Below are positions 1 to 7,408 of a stretch of DNA of 44,083 nt, piece by piece. The first letter of the stretch is position 1. Each line of letters starts with the position of its first letter. The stretch is from Candidatus Uhrbacteria bacterium. Its GTDB lineage: Bacteria > Patescibacteriota > Patescibacteriia > UBA9934 > GWF2-40-263. The translations under genes and the position numbers were made by a program. The DNA is taken from the NCBI GenBank assembly GCA_043805995.1, contig JAZDHJ010000058.1, forward strand, positions 1 to 44,083. Direction: 5' to 3'. A model generated the notes under the pieces. The model was not told the origin of the DNA. It ran no database searches and saw only the letters and a list, made by a program, of their open reading frames with translations.

Positions 1-139
1 CATAGTGAAATCTTACCAGAGCGTATCTCATAAGCCACCGGTCAGAATTTTACTATGTTTTTTGTTTTTCTGCGTTAAGGTCAAACCTTTTGAGTCCACT
101 GGTCAAACCAGTGGTTTACCGGGTGGGGTGGACAATTAA
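1..139. repeat. Terminal inverted repeat, left copy
   Basis: Read directly: 1-139 is the exact reverse complement of 43944-44082. Internally structured: imperfect hairpin 1-57, perfect 7-bp stem 96-114, 9-mer ggtcaaacc at 79 and 101. Inner edge is TTAA (136-139). Confidence 0.95.
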
Positions 140-323
140 AAGTTTTTTAACTTATTTTAATACCAGAACGGCCAAAGGCACCACTATTCACACCGCTGAC
201 GTAACTGCCGTTTGTGACGAAGGCGAAATAAATATCTTCCACGTTGCCTCTGGTGAATGGGGTAAAAATAATCAGCTGGTCTGGCAAGAAATGAAAGATT
301 TTATTTCTTCAATAAAATTCTGA
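90..323 (+). CDS. Hypothetical; possibly only the 3' fragment (140-323) of a gene interrupted by the terminal repeat
   Basis: 77-aa ORF whose first 50 nt lie inside the terminal repeat. No recognised domain. AT-rich like native genes. Confidence 0.3.
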   Translation: MSPLVKPVVYRVGWTIKSFLTYFNTRTAKGTTIHTADVTAVCDEGEINIFHVASGEWGKNNQLVWQEMKDFISSIKF

Positions 324-324
324 A

Positions 325-349
325 TAAAAAAACACCCGGGCCTTGGGTG
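325..349 (-). terminator. Hairpin plus T-run after the GC-rich gene 379..912
   Basis: Minus strand reads cacccaaggcccgggtg followed by ttttttt (5-bp stem). Confidence 0.45.
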
Positions 350-378
350 GCGGGGTGCAGGAAGGCGATTGGCTCGGA

Positions 379-912
379 TCAGGATTGGTGCGGGGCCGCT
401 GCTATGGCCGCGACAGCCTGGTGGATCGGATAGTCTTTCCCCAACACGGACGTCTCTTGTTGAAGGCTTGCAGCCAGTTCATGGGCCGCGAGCGATATTC
501 GTCCGGTTGAGAGGAGGCCTTTGGTATGGGTCTCTTGAATCCGCCGCCAGCTTTCTTTCCGCTCTCCTAGGTCGAGGCACGAATAGACCGCCGCGGCGAA
601 GACGAAGATCGTGAAGAATCGGTGATTCTCCGCATCGAAGTGGCTGTATGACCGGGTGGCCGCATCGAGGGCCTCAGGACGAAGAGCAATGGTAACGAGG
701 AAGAAGGTCGAGACCTGTCTGTCGTTGAGAACCAGGTTTTCTGCCCACTTGTCTCCGAGCATCCCACAGGCAGCGAGGAAGGCAGTGGCCTCGAGCCAGG
801 CCAGTAGGTAGTTCTCGTCTACCGGCGTCCCGATTTCGCGGATTTGTGGGACCTGAATGCTTCTGGCCTTGGCCAAAGCTTTTTCTGCCAGTTGTCTAAG
901 CACTGTACTCAC
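379..912 (-). CDS. GC-rich orphan protein (177 aa), helical-looking, no family recognised
   Basis: GTG start at 912 with GGAGGTG 5 nt upstream. Own hairpin/T-run after the stop. Block is visibly far more GC-rich than its flanks. Contains RIQETH (Rx4H spacing, weak HEPN-like hint). Confidence 0.55.
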   Translation of the reverse strand: MSTVLRQLAEKALAKARSIQVPQIREIGTPVDENYLLAWLEATAFLAACGMLGDKWAENLVLNDRQVSTFFLVTIALRPEALDAATRSYSHFDAENHRFFTIFVFAAAVYSCLDLGERKESWRRIQETHTKGLLSTGRISLAAHELAASLQQETSVLGKDYPIHQAVAAIAAAPHQS

Positions 913-1047
913 AGGACACCTCCACTCAGGTTGATCTCATTTGTCTCGGCCAAACAAAATACCATTTTTGGCGAGAAAGTCAATAGGCAAACCTTTGATA
1001 ATGAACCAGATCTTGATTTTTTCCTTTAAAACTGCTAAAAAGCTCTC

Positions 1048-2148
1048 ATGAAAAATAAAAAACTTAAGGTTTTGGTTGGCATGTCTGGCGGCGTTGACTC
1101 TTCGGTCACCGCGGCTTTGCTGTTGGCACAGGGTTACGAGGTTATCGGGGCTTTTATGAAAAATTGGTCCGATGCCGTTGATTGTGATGGTGAAAAAAAA
1201 GAATGCGGCTGGAAGAACGAACGCCGGGATGCCATGCGAGTAGCGGCTAAACTCGGCATTCCGTTCCTGACTTTTGATTTTGAAAAAGAATATCGTCGCG
1301 ACGTTATCGACCACATGTTCCATGAATTCGAGGCTGGTCGAACCCCAAATCCCGATGTCTGGTGTAACAAATATGTAAAGTTCGATTTATTTTTAAAAGA
1401 AGCCGACAAACTTGGTTGTGATTTTATTGCCACCGGACATTATGCGCGGATTGAAAAGGTAGAAGGGGACGAAGGGGCGGAAGGGGTTGCAGGGAGTTAT
1501 AAAATTTTCGCCGGCTCCGATTCCAACAAAGATCAAACTTACTTCCTTTGGGCGATTCCACCCGAGGTTCTGCCGCGAGTTCTTTTTCCGATTGGTGATA
1601 TGTTGAAACCTGATGTCCGAAAAAAGGCACATGAGTTTGATTTGCCGGTGGCGGATAAAAAGGATTCGACGGGGATTTGTTTTGTGGGTGAAGTGAATAT
1701 TCGAGATTTTTTGCAACAAAGGATTCCTAAAAAACCTGGCCAGATTGTTACGACAACCGGAAAAGTTGTCGGCAGCCATGAAGGTTTACCGTTTTATACC
1801 ATTGGTCAACGCGAAGGATTAAATATTGGCGGCGGTACACCTTATTATGTCGTCGCTAAAAAACCAGCAACGAACGAACTCGTGGTTTCCAGTAATTTTG
1901 AACAAGCACTTTTTGCCGATAGTCTCGAAGCGGATTCTTGTAATTGGTTCAATCAACCAAAAACTCTGCCGTTCGAATGTGAATGTCGAATCCGTTATCG
2001 CCAGCCTTTGGTTAAATGTATTATCGAAGAGACAAAAAAAGATACCGTCAAAATATCTTTCAAAGAACCGCAACGTGCTGTGACCTCGGGCCAGTCAGTG
2101 GTTTTTTATGCTGGTGAGGAAATGATTGGCGGGGGAATTATTGTCTGA
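1048..2148 (+). CDS. mnmA: tRNA-specific 2-thiouridylase MnmA
   Basis: 366 aa. PP-loop SGGVDSS, ATGHYAR and KDQTYFL blocks. Carries a Gly/Glu-rich insert encoded by a G-rich repeat word at 1459-1495. Confidence 0.95.
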   Translation: MKNKKLKVLVGMSGGVDSSVTAALLLAQGYEVIGAFMKNWSDAVDCDGEKKECGWKNERRDAMRVAAKLGIPFLTFDFEKEYRRDVIDHMFHEFEAGRTPNPDVWCNKYVKFDLFLKEADKLGCDFIATGHYARIEKVEGDEGAEGVAGSYKIFAGSDSNKDQTYFLWAIPPEVLPRVLFPIGDMLKPDVRKKAHEFDLPVADKKDSTGICFVGEVNIRDFLQQRIPKKPGQIVTTTGKVVGSHEGLPFYTIGQREGLNIGGGTPYYVVAKKPATNELVVSSNFEQALFADSLEADSCNWFNQPKTLPFECECRIRYRQPLVKCIIEETKKDTVKISFKEPQRAVTSGQSVVFYAGEEMIGGGIIV

Positions 2149-2291
2149 ACCACCGTGTCCTTCCGTAGCTCATCGCGAGCGACCTGTCCTTCCGAAGCCC
2201 GAGCGTAGGAGGAAGGAGGATGATTTTTCTGATTTACTTGATTAACCTGATTCCGCACAAAAAAATCAAGACAATCCTTTAATCAAGCGAA

Positions 2292-2942
2292 TCAAGGTTC
2301 AGACAATTTATCTTCCGCCCACTCATAAAACCCAGCCGCCGAGCTGGCTTGCGGATTGAACTCCGATAGAACTGGCTGAGCAGGATTCAGTTCATTGATA
2401 TCCAAGGCCTGTGAGTTGTTAAGTTGAAAAGTTTGCCCTCCAAGAACGTCTATAAAAACCGGACTGCCGATGGTCGCATAAGTTGTCTTGTCCAAAAAAT
2501 CATAACGTACAACCGTCATTGAGCCAGCGGCAATTTCGCCGGTGGCTTTTGGTGAAGTGACAATAAGTTTTTCTGTTTCCATGGAGGTGCTGGCAAGTAA
2601 GCGACCGCGAACAATTTTTATTTCCACCTGAGTGGGGAAGAGCTGTTCGAGAACGATATCTGTTTGTTGATCGAGCGCGACAGTGATATTTTCTCCAATT
2701 CGAATAAAAGCACGAGAATTTTCCCCAACCATTATTTTTTCACCACGAGTTACCGAATCGCTCGTTTCAACTGTCCGGATTTTTCCAGCTCGATCAACTT
2801 GAGTCTTTCCTTCAACAACCTCGATCGTGACCGGCAGAGATTTAATATAACCTTCACCACCGGCAAAAATAAAACCAAATCTAGCCGAAATTAGCAGGCC
2901 TGATAAAACAATAAAGAAAATTAAAGCCCAGAGTTTTTCCAT
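2292..2942 (-). CDS. Membrane-anchored protein, FecR-domain-like (weak)
   Basis: 216 aa. N-terminal TM helix then a beta-rich region resembling FecR-type domains by eye only. Confidence 0.4.
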   Translation of the reverse strand: MEKLWALIFFIVLSGLLISARFGFIFAGGEGYIKSLPVTIEVVEGKTQVDRAGKIRTVETSDSVTRGEKIMVGENSRAFIRIGENITVALDQQTDIVLEQLFPTQVEIKIVRGRLLASTSMETEKLIVTSPKATGEIAAGSMTVVRYDFLDKTTYATIGSPVFIDVLGGQTFQLNNSQALDINELNPAQPVLSEFNPQASSAAGFYEWAEDKLSEP

Positions 2943-3190
2943 ATGTTTTTTGAGGGGTAAAAGGGGTTTAAGGGGTTGCAGGGAGGTTTTTAGGTTGGGT
3001 GGTTGGTGTGGACGAAGGTCCGAAAGGTGTTAAAGGTTTGAAAGGATTGGTTGGATAGGTTTTTTTAATTTCAATTCAAACAACCAAAACCAATACCTTT
3101 AGGACCTCTACAACCCTTCGGACATAAATCCGATCCTATCCACCGTAAAAATCCCCTTCAACCCCTTAAACCCTTTCCGCCCCCTTTCGA
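2943..3190. repeat. Long imperfect palindrome: G/T-rich arm then C/A-rich arm (word-repeat family)
   Basis: Left arm contains GGGGtaaaaGGGGtttaaGGGGttgcaGGG (2954-2983). Right arm contains CCCCttcaaCCCCttaaaCCCtttccgCCCCC. 2961-2980 is identical to 10716-10735. Confidence 0.8.
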
Positions 3191-3227
3191 TAGTCATTCT
3201 ACCAGAAATTCGCTATACTATCCATGT

Positions 3228-4127
3228 ATGAAAAATAAATATTTTTTAGTTCTTTTTACAACTTTGGTGCTGGCAGGTTTCGGTTGTTCTCCAACTATCC
3301 CAGCCTCCGACACTGCTGCCAAAGACACGGCCGAAGCCGTGGATTTTCAGTCGGGTTCTACTGTTACAATTAAACAAACAGTTTTTGGTCTGGGTGGTAT
3401 TTTTGCCGAGACAGTTTCAGGTGATGGCTTGGCTGAATATCAATTAGTTGTTGATTCATTCGTGCCAGAAAATTTCGTGTCTTTTTCTTGGTCGAACAAA
3501 GTTGAAGTAGAGACAGCTGACTCTATTGCTGTTCGAGAAGCTTTTGAGGCAGCCAGTCACCCTATTGGTGATACTACAAAAGCCCCGACGCCGGTTTACG
3601 AAACCGTCACAAAAACCGGAAACTATTCAACTACCGCTTTGGATAATGGTACAAAAATTCTTTTGCCGGCTTATTGGTCGGAAGGTGACCAATCTTTTGA
3701 GGATAATTCAATTATCTGGTTATCTAAAGAACAATACGAAAGTTTGGTGAGTACAAAAACCGCCACTTTGTCCCTTGGTTTGTTCGATGAAAAAATCGCT
3801 TCACTCGTCGGTATGAGTGACTCGGTCCAAAATGCTTTGAATACCTTGCAACAAAAAGCCGCCGACGCCTCCAAGAGTCAGGATATTTATAAACTGACAG
3901 CTGATAACGATTGGCAAACTTATTCTTTGCTCGTTGATGGAACCGAAAAGACTGTACAAACAATCCAAGCCAATAACTGGTTCGGTTCGTATGTCATTCT
4001 GGCCAATGCCGAGAATCCACTGGTTCTCAAAGCTACCTTGAATCCCTTTGCTCTCGGTTCATTCAATATTTCATCACCACTTTCGTCATTCCTTGGCTAC
4101 GAAGTTACGGAAATTAAGATTAAATAA
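3228..4127 (+). CDS. Secreted or lipoprotein-like hypothetical protein
   Basis: 299 aa. N-terminal signal peptide ending AGFGCS. No recognised domain. Confidence 0.65.
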   Translation: MKNKYFLVLFTTLVLAGFGCSPTIPASDTAAKDTAEAVDFQSGSTVTIKQTVFGLGGIFAETVSGDGLAEYQLVVDSFVPENFVSFSWSNKVEVETADSIAVREAFEAASHPIGDTTKAPTPVYETVTKTGNYSTTALDNGTKILLPAYWSEGDQSFEDNSIIWLSKEQYESLVSTKTATLSLGLFDEKIASLVGMSDSVQNALNTLQQKAADASKSQDIYKLTADNDWQTYSLLVDGTEKTVQTIQANNWFGSYVILANAENPLVLKATLNPFALGSFNISSPLSSFLGYEVTEIKIK

Positions 4128-4137
4128 GCATTCTGGT

Positions 4138-4692
4138 ATGGCCGTTGACCAATTTAAAAAAGAACTTTTAATTAAAACTAAAAAAAATTGGTTATTAATT
4201 TTTTATTCACTTATTTTCGGTCTTCTTTTACTTTCCCCACTTGACCTTTTATTCGTCGGTAAAGCTGAGAGTTTTTTTGAGCCTTTCCTACTGTGGGAAG
4301 GTTTTGAACTGCCAGGTTTTTTTACTTTTTTTATCATGGTTGGAATGATTGTATATGGTGGAATATTGGTAGTTATGTTATTTAATATAATTTTTTTAAT
4401 GCCAAAAAAAGTTTTAAAATTTATTATAGAATCAAACAAGTTGGTTATGTCTGATATTCCTTGTTCTGATGATTCTGATTTTAATAAAATAGTATTATTA
4501 GACAAAGCAAAAAACTTTTTTTTAAAAAGTAAAATTAAGTGGAGCGGTCATGGTGAGTTTATTAAAAAAATTTCTTATCAAGATTCCGACAACGAAGAAA
4601 AACTTTTTTTGGATTTAATTTGGCCAGAAATGATGGTTGAAAAAGAAGATATTAAAAAAATTTTAGATTTTATCAATTTAACAAAAACCTAA
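4138..4692 (+). CDS. Small membrane protein, hypothetical
   Basis: 184 aa from ATG 4138 (the track ORF start 4048 lies inside the upstream gene). Hydrophobic helices in the N-half. Confidence 0.55.
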   Translation: MAVDQFKKELLIKTKKNWLLIFYSLIFGLLLLSPLDLLFVGKAESFFEPFLLWEGFELPGFFTFFIMVGMIVYGGILVVMLFNIIFLMPKKVLKFIIESNKLVMSDIPCSDDSDFNKIVLLDKAKNFFLKSKIKWSGHGEFIKKISYQDSDNEEKLFLDLIWPEMMVEKEDIKKILDFINLTKT

Positions 4693-4695
4693 ACT

Positions 4696-5109
4696 ATGAT
4701 TTTTCGGCAAGAGTTGAATAGAAATCCTCGCCTTTTCTGGAACCACTCAGTCTCCGCCCCATTCATCTACTTCCAGATTTTTCCCCTGGTCTTCGCCGAT
4801 ATTTCCATAGAAATTTATCATCGTGTCTGTTTTCCGCTTTACGGTTTGCCTTATGTCAAACGCGGAAAATATATTATTATTGATCGTCAAAAATTGTCTT
4901 ATCTTACAGCGCACGAAAAAATAAATTGTCTGTATTGCGGTTATGGCAATGGTCTTTTGCACTATTTGTCAGCCATCGCCGGCGAGAGCGAAAAATATTG
5001 GTGTGGCATAACCCACGCTAAACACGCCGGAGTTCTTGCTCAAGAACAACAAAAGAATTTTTTGCCTTATGGTGATAAGAAGGCTTTTGATGAGTTTGTG
5101 AAGAAATAG
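4696..5109 (+). CDS. Hypothetical protein with hydrophobic N-half and Cys motif
   Basis: 137 aa. Starts 4 nt after the upstream stop. CLYCGYG..C pattern. No family recognised. Confidence 0.55.
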   Translation: MIFRQELNRNPRLFWNHSVSAPFIYFQIFPLVFADISIEIYHRVCFPLYGLPYVKRGKYIIIDRQKLSYLTAHEKINCLYCGYGNGLLHYLSAIAGESEKYWCGITHAKHAGVLAQEQQKNFLPYGDKKAFDEFVKK

Positions 5110-5156
5110 TTTTTGACCAATTTGAGAATTCTGAGTAAGATTAAATTAAGAAAAAT

Positions 5157-5375
5157 ATGCGTAAAATAAATTTAAAATCCGTGGTTTGGAAAGAGGGAAA
5201 ATATTATGTTTCCCAATGTTTGGAGGTTGAAGTTTCAAGTTTTGGCAAAACCAGAAAGCAAGCCCTGGATAATCTTCACGAGGCCCTGGAGTTATATTTT
5301 GAAGACATGCCATTACCAGAAAAACTCGAAGTAAAAAATCCGATCATTACTTCAATTCAACTTCAGTGTGCCTAA
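5157..5375 (+). CDS. hicB: HicB-like antitoxin
   Basis: 72 aa. UPF0150/HicB N-domain pattern (WKEGKYYVSQCLEVEVSSFGKT...AL.NL.EAL). Overlaps the next gene by 8 nt. Confidence 0.75.
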   Translation: MRKINLKSVVWKEGKYYVSQCLEVEVSSFGKTRKQALDNLHEALELYFEDMPLPEKLEVKNPIITSIQLQCA

Positions 5376-5583
5376 ACCATTTTCTCTGCGTTTGATTTTA
5401 AAAATCCTTAATTCAAAAGGTTTCTTTTTTATTTCACAAAGTGGTTCGCATGCCAAATACCGAAAACCCGGAAATCCGACACTTACAGTGATTGTCCCAG
5501 TTCATGAAAAAGAAATTTGTTACGGAACTTTTAAATCAATTTTACGCCAATCTAAATTACAACAAAGTGATTTTGAAAAGTAA
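5368..5583 (+). CDS. hicA: HicA-like mRNA interferase toxin
   Basis: 71 aa. YcfA/HicA pattern (KGFFFISQSGSHAKYRKPG...VPVH.KEI..GT.KSIL). Confidence 0.8.
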   Translation: MPKPFSLRLILKILNSKGFFFISQSGSHAKYRKPGNPTLTVIVPVHEKEICYGTFKSILRQSKLQQSDFEK

Positions 5584-5589
5584 TTTTTT

Positions 5590-6609
5590 ATGAATAAAAA
5601 ATTCCTCATTCCGATTGCCGTTTTCGCTTTACTAATCGTCGGTCTCGCCATCCTTCGTTTTTCAACCCCAGAAGATACCTGGCTTTGTTCAAACGGTGCC
5701 TGGATCCAACACGGAAATCCGAGCGCCTCGATGCCAACAACTGCTTGCCCTGGAGCAGTAACTGAGACAGAAAATGACTGGCAGGTTTATCAAAACGATG
5801 AATTGGGTTTTAAGTTTAGTTATCCGAAAAGTTTCGGTAATTTTGATTTCAAGGTTTCTACCGAAAGTGTGAAAGGTGAATTTTCTAATTCAAGCGAGTT
5901 AATGGTCGGTGGAATTACAAAAGACTTTTCGGCTCCTCGCTCGAGTTCTTATATGGATTTTGCTGGTTTCAAGAAAGAAGATGATAAGTATTTTTGGGGC
6001 TTTATCGGCAATGATTTTTCTCGAATCATTATTCCAAGAAAAGTTATTAGCGAAAATATTATTTTGGTTGATTGTCTGAGTTTTGAAGATAAATGTGTTC
6101 ACACTGGTCCGTCGGTCAGTCTGTACGAAGGAGATCTTGCCGGTTTAATCAATTTAAAAGATGAAAAATTTACCGGTTTGATATTTAAAACCAGTGAAGA
6201 AAATATTGGAGAAGAATTGTTAACGGAAATTTTATCAACTTTTGAATTTATAAATTCTGAAAGCAAACCTATTGGTCTAGCCAACCCAGCCTCCGTAAAC
6301 TGCACAGACAAAGGCGGAACCTTGGCGATTGAAAAACGTCCGGACGGTGGGGAATTCGGGGTTTGCTATTTTGAAGACAATCGTCAGTGTGAAGAGTGGG
6401 CTCTTATGCGTGGCGACTGTCCGGTCGGCGGGCGAAAAGTGACGGATTATGTAACCGCGGCTGGACGCTATTGTGTAATTGGCGGAGGAGAATACATAAT
6501 AACCACTCTAGGTGATGAAAATACCGAAAGGGGAAATTGTGTTTTTCATAACGGTTCAGTTTGTGAAGCTCAAAATTATTATATTGGAAACTGTCCAATG
6601 CTTGAATAA
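5590..6609 (+). CDS. Signal-anchored protein with C-terminal DUF333-like Cys-rich domain(s)
   Basis: 339 aa. NPASVNC..GG...G.FGVCYFED..QCEEWA..RGDCP, followed by a degenerate second copy. Confidence 0.75.
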   Translation: MNKKFLIPIAVFALLIVGLAILRFSTPEDTWLCSNGAWIQHGNPSASMPTTACPGAVTETENDWQVYQNDELGFKFSYPKSFGNFDFKVSTESVKGEFSNSSELMVGGITKDFSAPRSSSYMDFAGFKKEDDKYFWGFIGNDFSRIIIPRKVISENIILVDCLSFEDKCVHTGPSVSLYEGDLAGLINLKDEKFTGLIFKTSEENIGEELLTEILSTFEFINSESKPIGLANPASVNCTDKGGTLAIEKRPDGGEFGVCYFEDNRQCEEWALMRGDCPVGGRKVTDYVTAAGRYCVIGGGEYIITTLGDENTERGNCVFHNGSVCEAQNYYIGNCPMLE

Positions 6610-6918
6610 TTTGTAAAAATAGATTTTTTAAATTTTTTTTGATTTAATTTTTTTGCCTAAAAAAAGAAGACACCCGTTGGCGAGGCGTCAATGGGGGTCG
6701 AGGGGTGGCCTGTAAAAAAGGCCGAGTGTGAATTGTGGTTCGTCCCGTGGTGAGGACTGGAAGTCGGGTGTGGCGAAAGTGAAGACCTTCGCGATGGACT
6801 CCCTTGTAGCACGAACATTAAATGTCGTGCCGAGAAAAAAAGAACAAAATGCGATAGCGAACGCGAGCCTCTCGGATCCTTGCGACAAAGCGTAAGGTCT
6901 GTGGCTCGCGCCGCCGTC

Positions 6919-6966
6919 GCTAGAACGTTCGAATTCCTCTCGGGAGAGGAACCCTGACGTTCTAGC
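6919..6966 (-). other. Nested hairpin overlapping the stop of the small acidic ORF
   Basis: Perfect 10-bp outer stem gctagaacgt/acgttctagc enclosing an inner ttcctc..gaggaa stem. No T-run follows on the minus strand. Confidence 0.6.
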
Positions 6967-7075
6967 CGTCGTTGGTGTGGGTGTCGTCGGACTCCTGGTT
7001 GGCTGCGTCGTTGGGGAAGGACTGCTGGTTCGCCTGGCCGGTGTCGATGTCTACGCGGGTGACGGGGCTATCCAT
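6962..7075 (-). CDS. Small acidic peptide (37 aa), GC-rich, SD-led
   Basis: MDSPVTRVDIDTGQANQQSFPNDAANQESDDTHTNDG. ATG 7075 preceded by AAAGGAGG. Below the 60-aa ORF-track cutoff; found by translating by eye. Confidence 0.35.
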   Translation of the reverse strand: MDSPVTRVDIDTGQANQQSFPNDAANQESDDTHTNDG

Positions 7076-7231
7076 GGGGAAGGCCTCCTTTGGTTTCGGT
7101 GGATCTCGTACTCGTCTTGCGACAAGCACGCGGTGACGCATGAGCGTCCGGAATTATGTCTTCTGGTTGCTCAGCGAAAATATTTTGTCATATCATATAA
7201 AATAAAACAAGCCTTTTATCCACAGCTAATC

Positions 7232-7266
7232 AAAAATCCATCGGAATTTAACCGCTGGATTTTTTT
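7232..7266 (-). terminator. Hairpin with flanking A/T runs downstream of era
   Basis: aaaaatcca...tggattttt stem with inner cgg/ccg pairs. T-runs on both strands. Confidence 0.5.
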
Positions 7267-7408
7267 AAATCTAATCTAATCTAATCTAACCACCTAAACA
7301 ATCACCAATCAATAATCACCCAATCCACTCCCCCTAAAGCCCTTTCGAAGACCCTGAGGTCTCTCGAAGGGTAATGCCCATTAGTGCCCTCCAACGCCCC
7401 AAAAATCA

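Noticed and set aside
369-614. 81-aa Arg-rich plus-strand ORF in the first GC-rich island
   Set aside because: It is a shadow frame opposite the SD-led 379..912 gene. It has no start context, and its low-complexity Arg/Gly/Pro content is typical of antisense frames in GC-rich DNA.
4048-4137. N-terminal extensions offered by the ORF track (also 9997..10095, 26074..26109, 32474..32509, 39255..39275)
   Set aside because: The extensions overlap upstream genes or intergenic repeats, and internal ATGs give family-typical N-termini.
6688-6888. 66-aa minus-strand ORF in the second GC-rich island
   Set aside because: It has a TTG start and no Shine-Dalgarno, unlike the other GC-rich genes. It overlaps obvious hairpins. 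Treated as a possible structured 3' region instead.
6919-6966. gttcgaattcc string resembling a tRNA/tmRNA T-loop
   Set aside because: No acceptor stem, D-arm, anticodon arm or CCA context could be built around it. It is simply the loop region of a nested hairpin.
325-7204. GC-rich islands as DGR or retron components (structured GC-rich RNA next to small ORFs)
   Set aside because: No reverse transcriptase gene exists anywhere in the window, and no template/variable repeat pair was seen.
6977-7279. 100-aa plus-strand ORF
   Set aside because: It is antisense to the SD-led 37-aa ORF, has Gly/Val-rich low complexity, and runs from GC-rich into AT-rich DNA with no start signal.
7269-7289. (ctaat)x4 microsatellite
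   Set aside because: It is a short simple repeat at the edge of a C/A-rich trailer. There is nothing to suggest function beyond possible slippage.
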